NCBI RefSeq assembly: GCF_009914755.1
Contig: NC_060944.1
Length of the DNA stretch: 64,000 nt
Direction: 5' to 3' (one strand)
From: the human T2T-CHM13v2.0 reference genome, Homo sapiens
Part shown: positions 11,276 through 24,265 of the stretch, in pieces
Layout of the letters: each line of letters starts with the position of its first letter
Position numbering within the stretch: the stretch's first letter is position 1
The notes under the pieces: generated by a model
Database searches by the model: none
The model's input: only the letters and a program-made list of their open reading frames with translations
Told to the model about the DNA's origin: nothing
Translations under genes and position numbers: made by a program

Positions 11276-12477
11276 AATGAGCCAGCAGGAGGAACATCGA
11301 CCGTGGGTCCCCAAGGGAAGGGCCTCCCTCGAGGTCTGGAGGAGTGACCGACTCTGCTAGGGAGCTGCACCAGTAATCAGGAAAAATGATGTCCTACCTC
11401 AGCTTCCCTTTGCTTTTTCCAGACAGCCTGAAAGGCTGCAGAGACGGGAGGAGGTGTTCAAACAGGCATGGCCAGGTGAGCCAGCAGACAGTTCCCCTCT
11501 GTGGCTGCTCTGGCAACACCTGGGGGTGGCCTCAAAGCAGCCTCGGGCTCTGAACCCCTAGCCTTGCTCCAAGACCAGCTCAGGGAGACCAGAGAGCAAG
11601 GAACATGCAGCACAGAGCAGGTCGCAGAAGCAGCACCAAGCAAGCCCAGCTGCAGGTCACCCGGGAGCCTCCGGTCCCCATCCCACGTGGCCTGGCCTGC
11701 TTGCTCCTCACTCTCACCAACTCTTCCCTTTCTCTGAGGAGGAGGAACCTGGGCCTTGGGCTCAGAAGGCGGGCCCTGCACTTCCCTCTGAGCATTCCCA
11801 TCTCTGGCAAAATCGCCCATTACATGCAGAGGTATTGCTAATGGGCCTCCTAGTCCCACAGGGCATCACCTCTGAGCCTCTGCCAGGAGGCCGGGCACCG
11901 CCTGGCATCCCTGAGGGCCCTTCCAGGTGCTTATCGCTTCCCTCCTGCGTGGGAGTGAACAGGACCCACAGCCTCTGCCCCAGCCACTTTAACAATGAGA
12001 TCGCACAGTCCTGGGAAGCGCTGAGACCTGGTCTGAGACGATCAGATGCTCCGTGAATTTCTCGTCACCCTCTCCGTCACCCCCTGCTATGCGCCCCTGT
12101 TGTCATCCTGCAGACCCCAGAACATGCAAGGAGGATCTTTCCACACAAAAGTCATTTCTGCGTACAGTTTACCTGCTGTTCTGTCACTCGTTGGGAGAAA
12201 GACTGTCAGAGCCTAACAGCTCTTTAAGGCCAGCATATTTATGTCAAAACCAATCCTGAAGCCCCAGGTCAAATTCACAGTCAAATGGAAAAAGTGGGAA
12301 GAAAGAGTTTTAGCACCTATCACAGACCTCCCAGGAGCCACGTTCTGTGCTCGAGGCTTCGCTGACATTAAGTTGAATCAAATGAAATTGATTTTACAGG
12401 TCATAATAGTTACATATGAGCAACTTTACATGGTCCTCCTAATATTGTCTCCTGACTCCTCGAAAAACACTTCCAAC

Positions 12478-12660
12478 TTCACTCACTCATGCAGTGGATA
12501 TTTATGGAACATCTACCAAGTGCCAGGCCTGTGCTGGTGCCAGAGATGGGGGAGTGACTGGGATGGGCACGGCCCTTGTCCTCACAAGGCTCACAGTTGA
12601 GGAGGGAGGCAATCAAGGGACCATCTGCCCAGGCGATCCTGATGCTACAAATGCACTTAC
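12478..12660 (-). mobile_element. L2 3' fragment
   Basis: tatttatggaacatctaccaagtgccaggcctgtgctgg...cttgtcctcacaaggctcacagt. Confidence 0.65.
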
Positions 12661-12739
12661 TGCTTTTCTCCTGGTAGAATCCCACAATGGTCAAAGCCCA
12701 GAAGACCTCACTTGGCTGTGGACAAGAAGCTGGATCTTA

Positions 12740-13625
<886 letters not shown>

Positions 13626-15967
13626 TAATGCTCTAAGTAAATGTGCACAACTTACATAGAGTATGTACAAAAGTACAAGAAGTGGGTAATTTTACTCTCT
13701 GGGGATCCTAGTTTCCACCCCCACCGCCCCCACTCCCCAGAGATCACCATGAGCAGTGGCATCCGATGGGATAAATGGGATGACAGAGAAACACGGCTCT
13801 GTCCTTCCACAAGCATTTATCCCGTGGGTGCTCTGAGCCATGCGTTGCACTAAGCCCTGTGTGGTGAGCAAAATGAATGGGAAATAGATCTTTCTGGGGC
13901 TTTACCATCGTATAGTTCACAGCACTGCAAAAATGATCACAAACGTCAAAGTTCTTCCTTCTAGTTATTCAGGCGATGCAGGAATTCCTCCACACATCCC
14001 ACCAAGCATCATTCACCTCTTGATTACCACCAGTGACAGTGAGCTCACTTCCTTCCCAGGGAGCTCCAATCATCATTAGAGTTCAGTTAGAAAGTTCTTC
14101 CTTGTGTTGAAAAGAAGCCCAGGTCCCCACAACTAGGCAGCGGCTGAGAGGTGCTAGGGGAGGTTTTAGACCTAAGTATGATTTCCATTTCCCTCCCCAA
14201 GCTACCCTCAGATAATCCTAGAATCTATCTCCAGCAAGAGTGCTTAGTACAAAGGGAGCTTCCACGACCCTGTGGAGCCCCCTTCAATGGGACTGTCCCC
14301 TTGAGCCCCAGGAGAGAAATGTCGGCATCCACACTGCCTGAAACTTCCAGCCATCATTTGGGCTTTGAGAACTGCAACCCTCTGGTGGGTGTAGACTTTC
14401 TTGAGCTACAATCCAGCCTCTCCTGATCATAGCATCCCTCATCCTGTATCTAGGATGCTAGAGCAGCCCTGCCTAGCAGGGCTGCAGTCTTAAGTGATGG
14501 ATACAAGGCTGGCCGGGAGCCCAGAGTGCAGACAGGTGTTGAGCCCTGAGCTTCCTTTGCAGTGCCTTCCTCTTCCACATAAAGGCTGTGTCTGTCCTTC
14601 AGGTGTCTCTCCTCCACCCACTACAGGCAGCAGGGCTTCTTTCTGACTCGAGGATCACTGGGTGGTTTTCAGCAGCTCGGCCTGATGCATGGCTCATGAA
14701 CCCTGTGTTCATCAGAGTGCACACCTTCCATTACGAACACACCCCTCCAGGGGGCCTGACGGCCTGTCTTTGGGGATGTGGTCCCTGGAGCTCAAGCCAG
14801 TTAGGAGCTGTCTGGGCCTTTAGTGATTGCTCAGCTTCCCTAATCCCTAGGGAAGGGCAGGGCTCCTGCAGATTAGACCCAGGGCTTTTTCTGATATTTC
14901 TGTCCAGGATTAGAGGCCACAGGCAAGGCCAGGGAAGGCAAAGGAGGGAGACCCTGGGCTGCTTTTGAGACCCTGAGGCAATGGGTTGGGGGTTCATCAC
15001 TGCCCTGGAGCAGGAACCATGAGGTGATTTGGAAGACAAGGGGGTAGAGGGTGGGGCAGGAAGTCAGGGGGCAGGGGTTCTAACCCTGGGGGGACAGAGG
15101 AGGCTTCTTCATGGGGGGAGGGAGAGAAGAGCCTTGGGTCCTGATGGGCAAGACCAAACTTCAAACCCTAAACTGTGCTCTCTCTGCCCCCACATCGTTC
15201 CTGAATCTGCCCCTACCTGAAAACAGGCAGCTACAAGGGGCTGGGGCCCAGCCTTTGCCTGCCTTGTGGTTGCCCTTCCTGGGGTGTTGCTCTCCTCCAG
15301 GTGGCCCAGTATGGCTTGCCACCCGGTCTGCATTCCAGCCAGTGGGTGGGGGAAGGAAGGAGACACTCGTGTTGCAGGATGCGCCTGGACGTCAGACCCA
15401 TCCCTTCTCTTTCCATCCTATTGACCAGAACTGAGTCCAGGGGGCCACCCCAGGATGAGGGATGCCAGAGAAGGTGGACTTCATTCTGGGCAGCCTGAGG
15501 TTCTGTTGATATCAAAGAAGAGAGCAGGAGCGTTGAGTAACAGTTAGACGTGTCTACAAAGAGACATGTGGCTAGATAAAGTATCTCATTCTCGGGCCAC
15601 CTAGGCCTTGCCAAGCTCAAGGAAAAATTAAAACGAAGCATTTCCACATCTGTAGAAATGGTCCAGCCATTTCCACATTTGCTTCCTACTGGGGCCCATG
15701 CAGAAGCTGGGTCCTTGAAACCCTGCTGAAACACCCTCTGAGTCACACATGCTGGAGGTAATGCCACCTGTGTCCACCAGAGTCACGTACTTCCTCTTGG
15801 CGAAAAGAAGTGCTGCTCAAAAAAGACGCATTTAGAGAATCTGTCAAGATCCCCTCTGACACTGAAGTTCTTATTTGATTAATAAGCTAACAAGATGCAT
15901 TTCCATTCTCCCTTGACTTTAACAGAATTGAATCTGTTATTCCATGCATTTTTTTTTCTGGAGACAG

Positions 15968-16150
15968 AGTGCAACACAGTGGCTTAGAGTATGGATTTCG
16001 GAGGTACCCTAACCTCCCTGTGCCTCAGTTTCCTTATCTGTGCAATGGAGATGATAATAATCTCAAGTATAGTGGTGAGAATTTAACAAGGGAATTCCTA
16101 TGAAACTTTCAGAACAGAGCCCAGCATGCAGTAGGCATGAAATAATGTTC
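15968..16150 (+). mobile_element. MIR
   Basis: aacctccctgtgcctcagtttccttatctgtgcaatggagatgataataa. Confidence 0.8.
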
Positions 16151-16549
16151 GTAGGGAGAGGGTAGCCAGTATTTTCTTCCCCTCTCCCCGGTGGTCAATA
16201 TTAACCAGTATTTTCAGCACACACATTGCAGACTTCCACCGGACTGCCCATCACCGTGCTCTCCCTTAGCCCACTCCCTGAATTCTACTCGGGTGTGTGC
16301 CAGCAACTTAACATGGCCGCTTCTCTTTCTGTAGCTGAGTTGGCCAAGCGCTTTGACATATGTCACCTCAGTCTGAGCTCCCAGCAGTCATGAGTGATGA
16401 GTATTAGGAATTTGCTCTATTTTACCAAGGAAAAAACCTTGATCCCTAGAGGAAAGGTCCTTCCCACAGTCAGGTGCCTGTGAACAGCCACAGCAAGACT
16501 CGGATCCCCGGCTCTCCCATGAGTCATCCAGCATGGTGGGCAGCCAGCA

Positions 16550-16930
16550 GCTCCGTGCCAGGTGCTGCCATAGGCGCTGGGCACACAGGTTCTTAAGTCA
16601 GGTCAGTCCCTTCCTCCTTGAGCTCATACACAGGTAAGGAGGGAGAGAGATGTTCCCCAACTCATCACGCACTCAAGTTCATTTCAGATGGTGGTGAGGG
16701 GTCCTGAGAAGAGGAAATGGGGTGACATGCTAGGAAGTGCCTGGGTGGAGGGGGCTCCTGGAGACAGGGTGGTCAGGGAGGCACTCACCCAGGAGGTGAC
16801 ACTTGACAGAGCCCTGAAAAGTGAGGAGGTGCAACCATGCACAGGGCTGGGGACAGGAACACGGCCACACAGGGGAATGAACCTGGCCGTTTGTGGCACA
16901 GAAGGAAGGTCAGCAAGTCCAGGAGAAAGG
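16550..16930 (-). mobile_element. L2 relic
   Basis: ccgtgccaggtgctg...gggtggtcagggaggcactcacccaggaggtgacacttga. Confidence 0.65.
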
Positions 16931-17179
16931 GGAGGAGAAGAGAACAGGCCCCTGGCGCCTGCACGTCTGGAAGCATCGCCAAGTTTCCAAGCATCTTTCC
17001 AGGGCAGAGAAGGCTCCACTCTGGGCAGGAGGGGCTTGCTTCACCAGCAGGAGGAGTTGGGGAGCAGGAGGGAGTCCTGATGTCCTGGCTACAAGTCCAG
17101 GGCTGGAAAACCAGGCGGGCCTCCGCCGAGGCTGCTCCTTCCCCATTGGGCCTCCGCTATCTGGTTGGGGCATCTCAGA

Positions 17180-18440
17180 CTGAGGAGCAGGAAGTGTGAC
17201 TGTCGCAGGCCAATGTCTGCTGACGAATCTCCCAGCCCAGATGGTGGGCCTGCGGTGGGCTTCCTGGTGCACGCGGAGGCGACTCTGGCGAGGGGGATTC
17301 CCTCCCCTTTGAATTTCCTCCTGGTTCTGCCCACGTGAAACTGGGCTGGTTGGCTGGGCTTCCTTTTCTCTATTTGGCTTTCTTATTCTCCAAATAAAAG
17401 ACGAAAAGTCAAAACATAGGCATAATGCAGAATTATAACGCTTGGATTTGTCTAACTTCATCCCTGCAATCGCCCAAATATTCACATAGTTCAAGAACAC
17501 CATCGTATAACAGGCTACTCAGGGACTGTGACATGATGACACTTGTAGGAACCCAGTGTGTCATTTAGTCCTCTGTGTGTCTGTGTCCCATTCTGTGGGT
17601 GTGCACACAACAACCACACACAAACTCACCGGTTCCCTTGTGTGTGTTTAGACAACATGAAACTTTGCATCACAAAACCACCGAGTGATGTCAGAGGTGC
17701 CATGAATCATAATGACAGCTCCTGGCCTGGTATCCAAGAGACCTCAACATGCTGCTAAGTCACTGTCCCACTCCATGAGAACCGGTCACTCTCTTTGAGC
17801 CTCCAGTTGAAGGGAACTAAATTAATCTAGGATGACCCATATTGTGCAGCAGCTAATGACCCAGTTCACCTCTGGTTAATTTTCTGCTTCTGGGTGTCCT
17901 GGGAACGGGTGGTGTTTACTCCAGTTGGGACAAACCTTTATTAATGAGCCAGAGTGTTGGCTGCTCTGGGCGGAGTGTTTTAATAGAAATCGGCCAATGG
18001 GCCAGGGCGTGCTGAAGTTGCAGAATATGAATGAGGCCCTTTTCTTTGCCCTCTCTCTCTTCCACCCTGATTTGCATAACTAAGCTTTCTGCCTTTTTAT
18101 CTTTTTAATGTGTTTGTTTGTTGATTATTGATCTGTCCCCTATGGAGGGACAAATCATTCGCCCACCAGGCAGTGACCTAAATTTGGCAGAAGCCCCAGC
18201 CATGTCTGCAGCAAACTGGAGCCAGACAGTTATACTTGTATTTGTAGGGACAATTCCAGGAGAATTTATATGGCCCAAGGTTGTAATGATCAAAATTACA
18301 CTGGCCTCCAGCAGACTCATTAAGGGGAATCTTGGCAAAGGAAGACTTGATGAGTAAGAAGAAAAGAAAAGATCCTCTTTCATGGTAAAAGATCTGGCTT
18401 AATTTAACAAAAAAGCTCAAAAGCCTCTCCAAATGAGGCT
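17180..18440. promoter_or_regulatory. Candidate enhancer island (repeat-free, motif-dense)
   Basis: ETS CAGGAAGT 17188, NF-kB GGGGATTCCC 17293-17302, FOX TGTTTAC 17913-17919, GC box 17968, CCAAT 17994, octamer ATTTGCAT 18070-18077; activity is inferred only. Confidence 0.4.
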
Positions 18441-18484
18441 GCAGTTTCCCTGGGGAAAGAGAAGGTACTGCTGAGTTTTAGAAA

Positions 18485-19182
18485 TGTGGTTCTCAGCTGT
18501 GTCCAAACCTATGCCACCTTTTTTAAACCAATATTTTATAATTTCCACACTTGTATCTTGAAATATAATTCATAAATACAGCCTATCCACATCTTTTTAA
18601 AAGTTCAATATAATGCCCTAACTATAATATAAAGACAGAAGTATAAGAAAAGTAATTTATGTAAAGTAATTTGTAACAAATTAATGCATACTTCAACATG
18701 CAAATGCTCTGACTGACCGCACTAGAAGTGATTAAGCTGTAAATGCAGACTGGTGACAAGCCTGTTGAGTTGCCACCTCAAATGTCATGCACATTGCCGC
18801 TAGTGAGGAGAGGGCTCAGGATGCTGACCCGCTGGTGGTGAACTTCTGAACAAAACAAACACGAGTTTCCCTTGATTTACACCAGAGTTGCTGTCCCAGG
18901 AAAGTCAGTGATTATTAAAACATTATGATCGTCTCTATGTAAACTGGACTTTTCACTGGAGGCTCAGATCATTGTAAATAGGGTTTGCTTACATGAATGT
19001 CCAGTGAAACATTCAAAACTAGTGCAAGATACAAGATAAATTCTGCATGGTGTGGGATTGTCCTATGTATTACAGCCGCATAGTATCCTCAGCTCACACC
19101 CCAAATGCCAACATCACGCTCCTCTCAGCATTGTGCACCCAAAGCACCTCTTTAGGGGCGAGACCGTCATTGATAACCACCA
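18485..19182. mobile_element. MER20B hAT-Charlie fossil, near full length
   Basis: Termini gtggttctca / tgataaccac; internal caatataatgccctaact, aaatgcagactg, gaacaaaacaaa, ggctcagat and catgaatgtcc collinear with MER20B as I recall it. Confidence 0.8.
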
Positions 19183-19899
19183 CCCCTTGCACAGCCGCGT
19201 GTGCTCACAGAGGCTAAAATCTACTGTTGTCTCCACCTGAAGTTTTTCTTGTCCTGTAACCTTTCCCTGGCTGGCTCTCCACCCTGCCCAGGATGAGGCA
19301 GGGAATCCAAGGACACTCAGCTACCTCAGGTCTCACCCACCCTCTCCCCCTCCCCAGGCAGAGAAGAATAGAGTCCTGAAACCCTGTCCCCAGAGAGTGA
19401 ATCAACCTCCTGGGTCTGAGGGCTGCACACACATTTGTTCCTGGTTCCCCCAGGGCCTGACAACCTCACTCCTATTCCTCTGTCTTGGGAAATCCCTCAA
19501 AGCCAACTGTACCTTCTGTGTGGGTCTTGAGGTCCTCCACCAAGGGGCTCTTTCCTTTTTATCAGTTTGTTCATTCACTTGTATATTATCTTTGTTACCA
19601 AAATATGTCAAGATAATCACATAAGTCAAGATAAAAATGGCCAATGCAACCACATCTTGTCAACTTGGTGCATTTCTATGTACATGGTCAATTTTCACAC
19701 ACAGGGAGACTCTGTCTACATTTTCTCCCAGGATTCTACCACGCTTCCTTTTCAATCCTTCTCTAATTTCCCTGCCCCCTGCCTGTCTCCTCCTTCCCAA
19801 CCCCACTCCCAAATGTGTCTCCTTCCACAACTTTCTACACACTTCTACACAGGTTCATACACAGGCATATACACACTGACAAGGATTTCCTGACCTCTC

Positions 19900-20265
19900 T
19901 TTATAAGGGCTTAGGTTTCTTTTGCAAACTATAATCTGACTACATAAATACTTCATACTGTGTTTTCTTAATCCTCAATATGGTATAGACATCATCTCAA
20001 TTGATATATCAGGATCCAACTCAGTATTTCAAAATAACCATCTAATATTCCATAATATGAATAAATTTTACATTAATCAACCATTCCCCTGCTAATGGAT
20101 ATTCAGAGTGTTTTCAGATTCAATGATTCAACTATAATCAACTAAGTATGATCAGCACTGGAATAAATATCTTTGAATATGTATTCTTGTACTGTAGAGC
20201 TTTGGTTTCTATGGGATACGTTTCTAAATATAGGATTTGTTGGGTGGAAGAACATGCATATGTTG
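19900..20265 (-). mobile_element. L1ME-type fragment
   Basis: aaccattcccctgctaatggatattcagagtgttttcag...tttctatgggatacgtttctaaa. Confidence 0.65.
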
Positions 20266-20484
20266 AAGCTAGAGGCACTGGAGTGATGGATTCTGCCTAG
20301 GGCAAGACAGGACTTGATTCTTGCTGGAGGAGCCATCTGAGTTTGTGAAGGGCAAGGAGAGTGCATGGGCCGAGAAAGGTGCTCCCAGGAGTGATCCCTA
20401 AGGCAGCCAACAGTACCCCACTGTGCAGATAAGAGAAAGAAACCGACGCAAAGGAAGTCTTCCTAACCAAATTCCATAGTGTAA

Positions 20485-20670
20485 AAAGCAATGATTTGGA
20501 AATTGGAAGGCCTGGACTCTGACTTGGGGTCTGGAATTCTCTCTCCAGGTGACCTTGGGTGAGTCACTTCCCCTCTCTGGCTCTAGTTTCCTCCTCTCTT
20601 CAAATTAAGCAGCTGCACTAGATGATCCTTAAGGCCTCTTCCCTGTGAACTTTGTATGGTTCAATGAGAA
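20485..20670 (+). mobile_element. MIR3/MIRc relic
   Basis: gtgaccttgggtgagtcacttcccctctctgg...actagatgatccttaaggcctcttcc. Confidence 0.7.
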
Positions 20671-20784
20671 CAATGTATATGATGGGGCTTTCTGAACTCT
20701 AAAGTGTTTAATGCTATGATTTGTTTGGTAGATGGTAATGGATTCTTCTTATGATCATCTATGTCCATTTGGTTACGTCCAACA

Positions 20785-21535
20785 CTTTCCTTTTTCTCAC
20801 ACCCCACACCCAATCCCATAAGCACCTCCTAATAGCTCTGCTTCCAAAGTAGATTCTGAATCTGCTCACTTCTCTCTTCTCTACCCTCTGCCACCCCCAC
20901 CTGCACCCAACCTGCCATCATCTCTCATCCCCAACCTCAGGACAACTGCAACAACCCTGGCTGGTCACCTGGTCTACCAACCCCTCATAATCCATCCTGC
21001 ACTCAGCAGTCAAAGTCAGTTTGTAAAAGGAAAATAAGACTATGTTGTTCCCTTGCCTAAGACTCCCAGTGGTTTCCCCAAGCTTTTAGAGTAAAATCCA
21101 GTCTCCTTACTGTGGCCACAAAGCCATGCATGATGGGCTCCTTGCTGCTTCTGAAACATGCTAAGTTCTTTCTAGTCTCAAGGCTTCTGCACATACTTTT
21201 TTCTGCCTGGGACACTTAGCCCAGATGGCTGCTTCTCACCCTCCAGGTCGCAGCTCAAGTGTCACCTCCTCTGAGAAGCTTTTCACAACCGCCCTGTCCA
21301 AAGGAGGTGTGTATCTCCATCACTCTCTATCCCCACTCTGATTTATTTTCTTCAAAGCACTCACTGCAATCTGAAATCATCTTATTCACTGTGTGCTTGT
21401 CTCTTGCTGTCTCCCTACTAGAACAGAAGCTGCATGAAGACAGGGGTCTCATCTGCCTTGGACATCACTGAATCCTATGCACGGAGCACAATGCCTGGAA
21501 CGGGAGGAGCTCAATGGTTACTGGTTGAATTAATA
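20785..21535 (+). mobile_element. L2 3' region
   Basis: cagctcaagtgtcacctcctctgagaagct...ctagaacagaagctgcatgaagacaggg...gctcaatggttactggttgaattaat. Confidence 0.8.
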
Positions 21536-22167
21536 CACTGAGGAAATGGATCAGCTGTAGACAACCTTACTTTGTTCTCTCATATCTCTTTCCCACCTGC
21601 TGGCCCTGCCTTTCCATTTAAATCCAGAGCCAAGCACACATTCCTTACTATATATTTTTTTGTACTGATTAAAATGTTTCATAAACTTTTACCACATATG
21701 GATCAGGGCTTTTAGTTGCTAATGGAACCTACTCCAGCCAGTTCAATTAGGAAGGGGGTTTATTTATGAAATCCTATTGGGTAGCTTGGGCTCATGCCTA
21801 CCAAAGAATTAGACTTGCAGGCCACACAGCCAGGAAACATGGCCCCCAAATTACACACCCCCCAATCATAACTGGTCCCCTGATGTCTCTGGTGCCTTCA
21901 CCCAGCACACACATCCCAGCCCATGCTGCCAATAGCACAGGTATGAGACACTGAAGATGTATCCAGAATCCTGCAACTGCCCCCTGAGGGACTAACTGTA
22001 GCTCCTTCCATAGAAATCACCCATCAGTGGTTGGCAAAAAGGAAGAACAAATGTCCACTAAACTCTTTAGGCAAATGATCACAGAGAGCCATTGTGTCCT
22101 CCTAGCCACTGCGCTCATCACACCAGAGGGCTGTTCTGAACCATCCCCAGTTACCCCAGTTACCTTC

Positions 22168-22722
22168 TGTTTGAGTCAAGGTTCTCTAAAGAAACAGGAA
22201 CACTAGGGTCTGTGTGTGTGGAGGGAGACAGAGAAGAGACGGGGAGGGAGGGAGAGAGAGAGAGAGAAAGAAAGAGAGAGAGAGAGAGATTTATTGTAAG
22301 GAGTTAGCTCACATGATTATGGAGGCTGATAAATCCCAACATCTGTCGGGTGAGTTGCAAGCTGGAGACATAGGAGAGCCAATAGTCTTCTAGTCCAAAA
22401 GCCAGCAGGCTCATGACCAAAGAAAAGACAATGTCTCAGTTCTAGTCCAAAAGCAGGAAACAGCTGAGTTCCAGTTCACAGGCAGTCAGGCTGGAGGAGT
22501 TCCCTCTCACTCAGAGAGAGTCATCTTTTTGTTCTATTCAGGCCTTTAACTGATTGCATGCGGCCCACCCTCCTGAGACAGGCAACTGGCTTCACTCAGC
22601 CTAATGATTTAAATGTTAACCTCACCAAAAACACCCTCATAGCATCACTCAGAATAATGGTTAAGCAAAATATCTGGGCACTTTATGGTCCGGTCAAGTT
22701 GACACATAAAATTAACCACTGT
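22168..22722 (-). mobile_element. MLT2B-like ERVL solo LTR with internal (GA)n
   Basis: gagatttattgtaaggagttagctcacatgattatggaggctg...gtcaagttgacacataaaattaacc. Confidence 0.88.
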
Positions 22723-22973
22723 CTCTTCTAGGGCTGGTGCAACTGACAGTGATAAAAAAAAAAAAAAAAAAAAAGCCCTCCAGGCCTCTGAGCTTTGAAC
22801 CTGTTTCCCTTAAAGCAATGAGGAGATGATTGAACTAGTGTTGGAGGAGTCACACTTGGAATCTAAGTGGCAGTGCCTCAAAAAGGGTTATAGGCTCAAC
22901 CTCAGAGCCTTGATGATCCAGATCCCACCCGTGATGGGGAATGGGCAGAGAATGGCTCCCTTAATACTGCAAG

Positions 22974-23462
22974 TGAGGTAGGAGATCAGCAGGACTTGTT
23001 TTCCAAGCACAGATCATGATCCTGCTGATCGAAGCAGGATGCAGTAAAGCAACTGGCCAAAACCAGCAGATGGTGGCAAAAGCGATCTCTAGTTGCCCTC
23101 ACTGCTCAATAGCATAAAGACACTCCCACCTCCTACCAGCGCCAGGACAGTTTACGAATGCCATGGAAACTATCCAGAAGTTACCTTATATGGTTCTGGG
23201 AACCGTCTGCCCCTTTTCCAGAAAATTCTAAATAACCCACCCCTTAATTAGCATATAATTAAAAGTGGTATAAATACAGCTAGCCCTGGTCTTCAGGGAC
23301 TGCTGCTCTGGGCTGCTCTGCCTATGGAGCAGTCCTTCTGCTGCACACTGCTGCTCTAATAAACCTGCTTTCTTTCACTCCTGGCTCACTCTTGAGTTCT
23401 TTCCTCCACAACACCAGGAACCCTCCCAGGCTGAGCCCCAGTTTTGGCATTAACCTGCACCA
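22974..23462 (+). mobile_element. MER41-family (C/D/E-like) ERV1 solo LTR
   Basis: TG...CA termini with perfect 4-bp TSD CAAG (22970-22973 / 23463-23466); MER41-type blocks gacactcccacc, acagtttac..atgccatgg, tataaata, aataaa. Confidence 0.75.
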
Positions 23463-23477
23463 CAAGAAACAAAGGTG

Positions 23478-23836
23478 TCCCTCCCTCCCTCCCTTTCTTC
23501 CTTCCCTCCTTCCTTCTTTCTTTTTTCTTAGGGTGTTCTAGAAGGGCAGAAATCCATCTTCCCTCCCTCCCTTCCTCCCTCCCTTTCTTCCTTTCCTACT
23601 TCCTTCCCTCCCTTCCTCCTTTCCTGCCTTCTTTCTTTTCCTCCTTTCCTCCCTCCCTTCCTCCTTTCCTCCTTCCTTCCTTCTTTCTTTCTTCTTAAGG
23701 TGTTACAGAAGGGCAAAGTCCATCTTCTGTTCCTTCCTTCCTTCCTTCCTTCTGTCTTTCTTCTTAAGGTGTTACAGAAGGGCAAAGTCCATCTTCTGTT
23801 CCTTCCTTCCTTCCTGTTTTCTTTTTTCTTCCTTCC
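23478..23836 (+). repeat. CT-rich tract containing three copies of a ~35-bp non-pyrimidine cassette
   Basis: ttcttaaggtgttacagaagggcaaagtccatcttc at 23692 and 23761 (period 69) and a diverged copy near 23525. Confidence 0.92.
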
Positions 23837-23939
23837 ACACACATTTAGAGACCATCTTCTAAATGTGAAGGAATGTCCTAGAAGCAGCAGTGAAAAAACA
23901 GACACAGTCCCGCCATCATGGGCATCCTGAGACTGTCCA

Positions 23940-24265
23940 CCTGAGAGCTTTCTCTTACCCTGTGGCCAGAAATGCTGACAGTTGATGGCCCTGGGACAAG
24001 CCCTCGGCTAACGGGGCAAAGAAATTGGAGGATAAACATTCAGCTGGTAGAGGACTAAGCTCCAGTTGCCCACAGTGGCAACACCCTGTCTCACTTCCCC
24101 ACTCCCCTGTTGGTATTTCCTGGGACCACCTCCCACATAAACTATTATATTAGGTTGGTGCAAAAGTAATCACGGTTTTTGCATAATGGCAATTATTTTT
24201 GCACCTACCTAATACTTGCACTAAAATCCTTGTCTTGGGATCTGCTTCTGGGAAACCAAAGCCAG
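23940..24265 (+). mobile_element. LTR16-family ERVL LTR interrupted by MADE1
   Basis: ttcctgggaccacctcccacataaacta[MADE1]cttgcactaaaatccttgtcttgggatctgcttctggg. Confidence 0.7.
24150..24212. mobile_element. MADE1 (Hsmar1-derived MITE), internally deleted
   Basis: TIRs ttaggttggtgcaaaagtaat / ttatttttgcacctacctaa flanked by TA duplications. Confidence 0.92.

Noticed and set aside
22117-22135. CTCF-like ACACCAGAGGGCTG (and CCACAGGGGGGCAC near 32710)
   Set aside because: Only partial matches to the core; cannot be supported without PWM scoring or ChIP data
22754-22774. Isolated A21 run as the tail of a processed pseudogene
   Set aside because: No upstream mRNA-like body, canonical polyA signal or TSD is visible; it follows an MLT2 LTR end by ~30 bp
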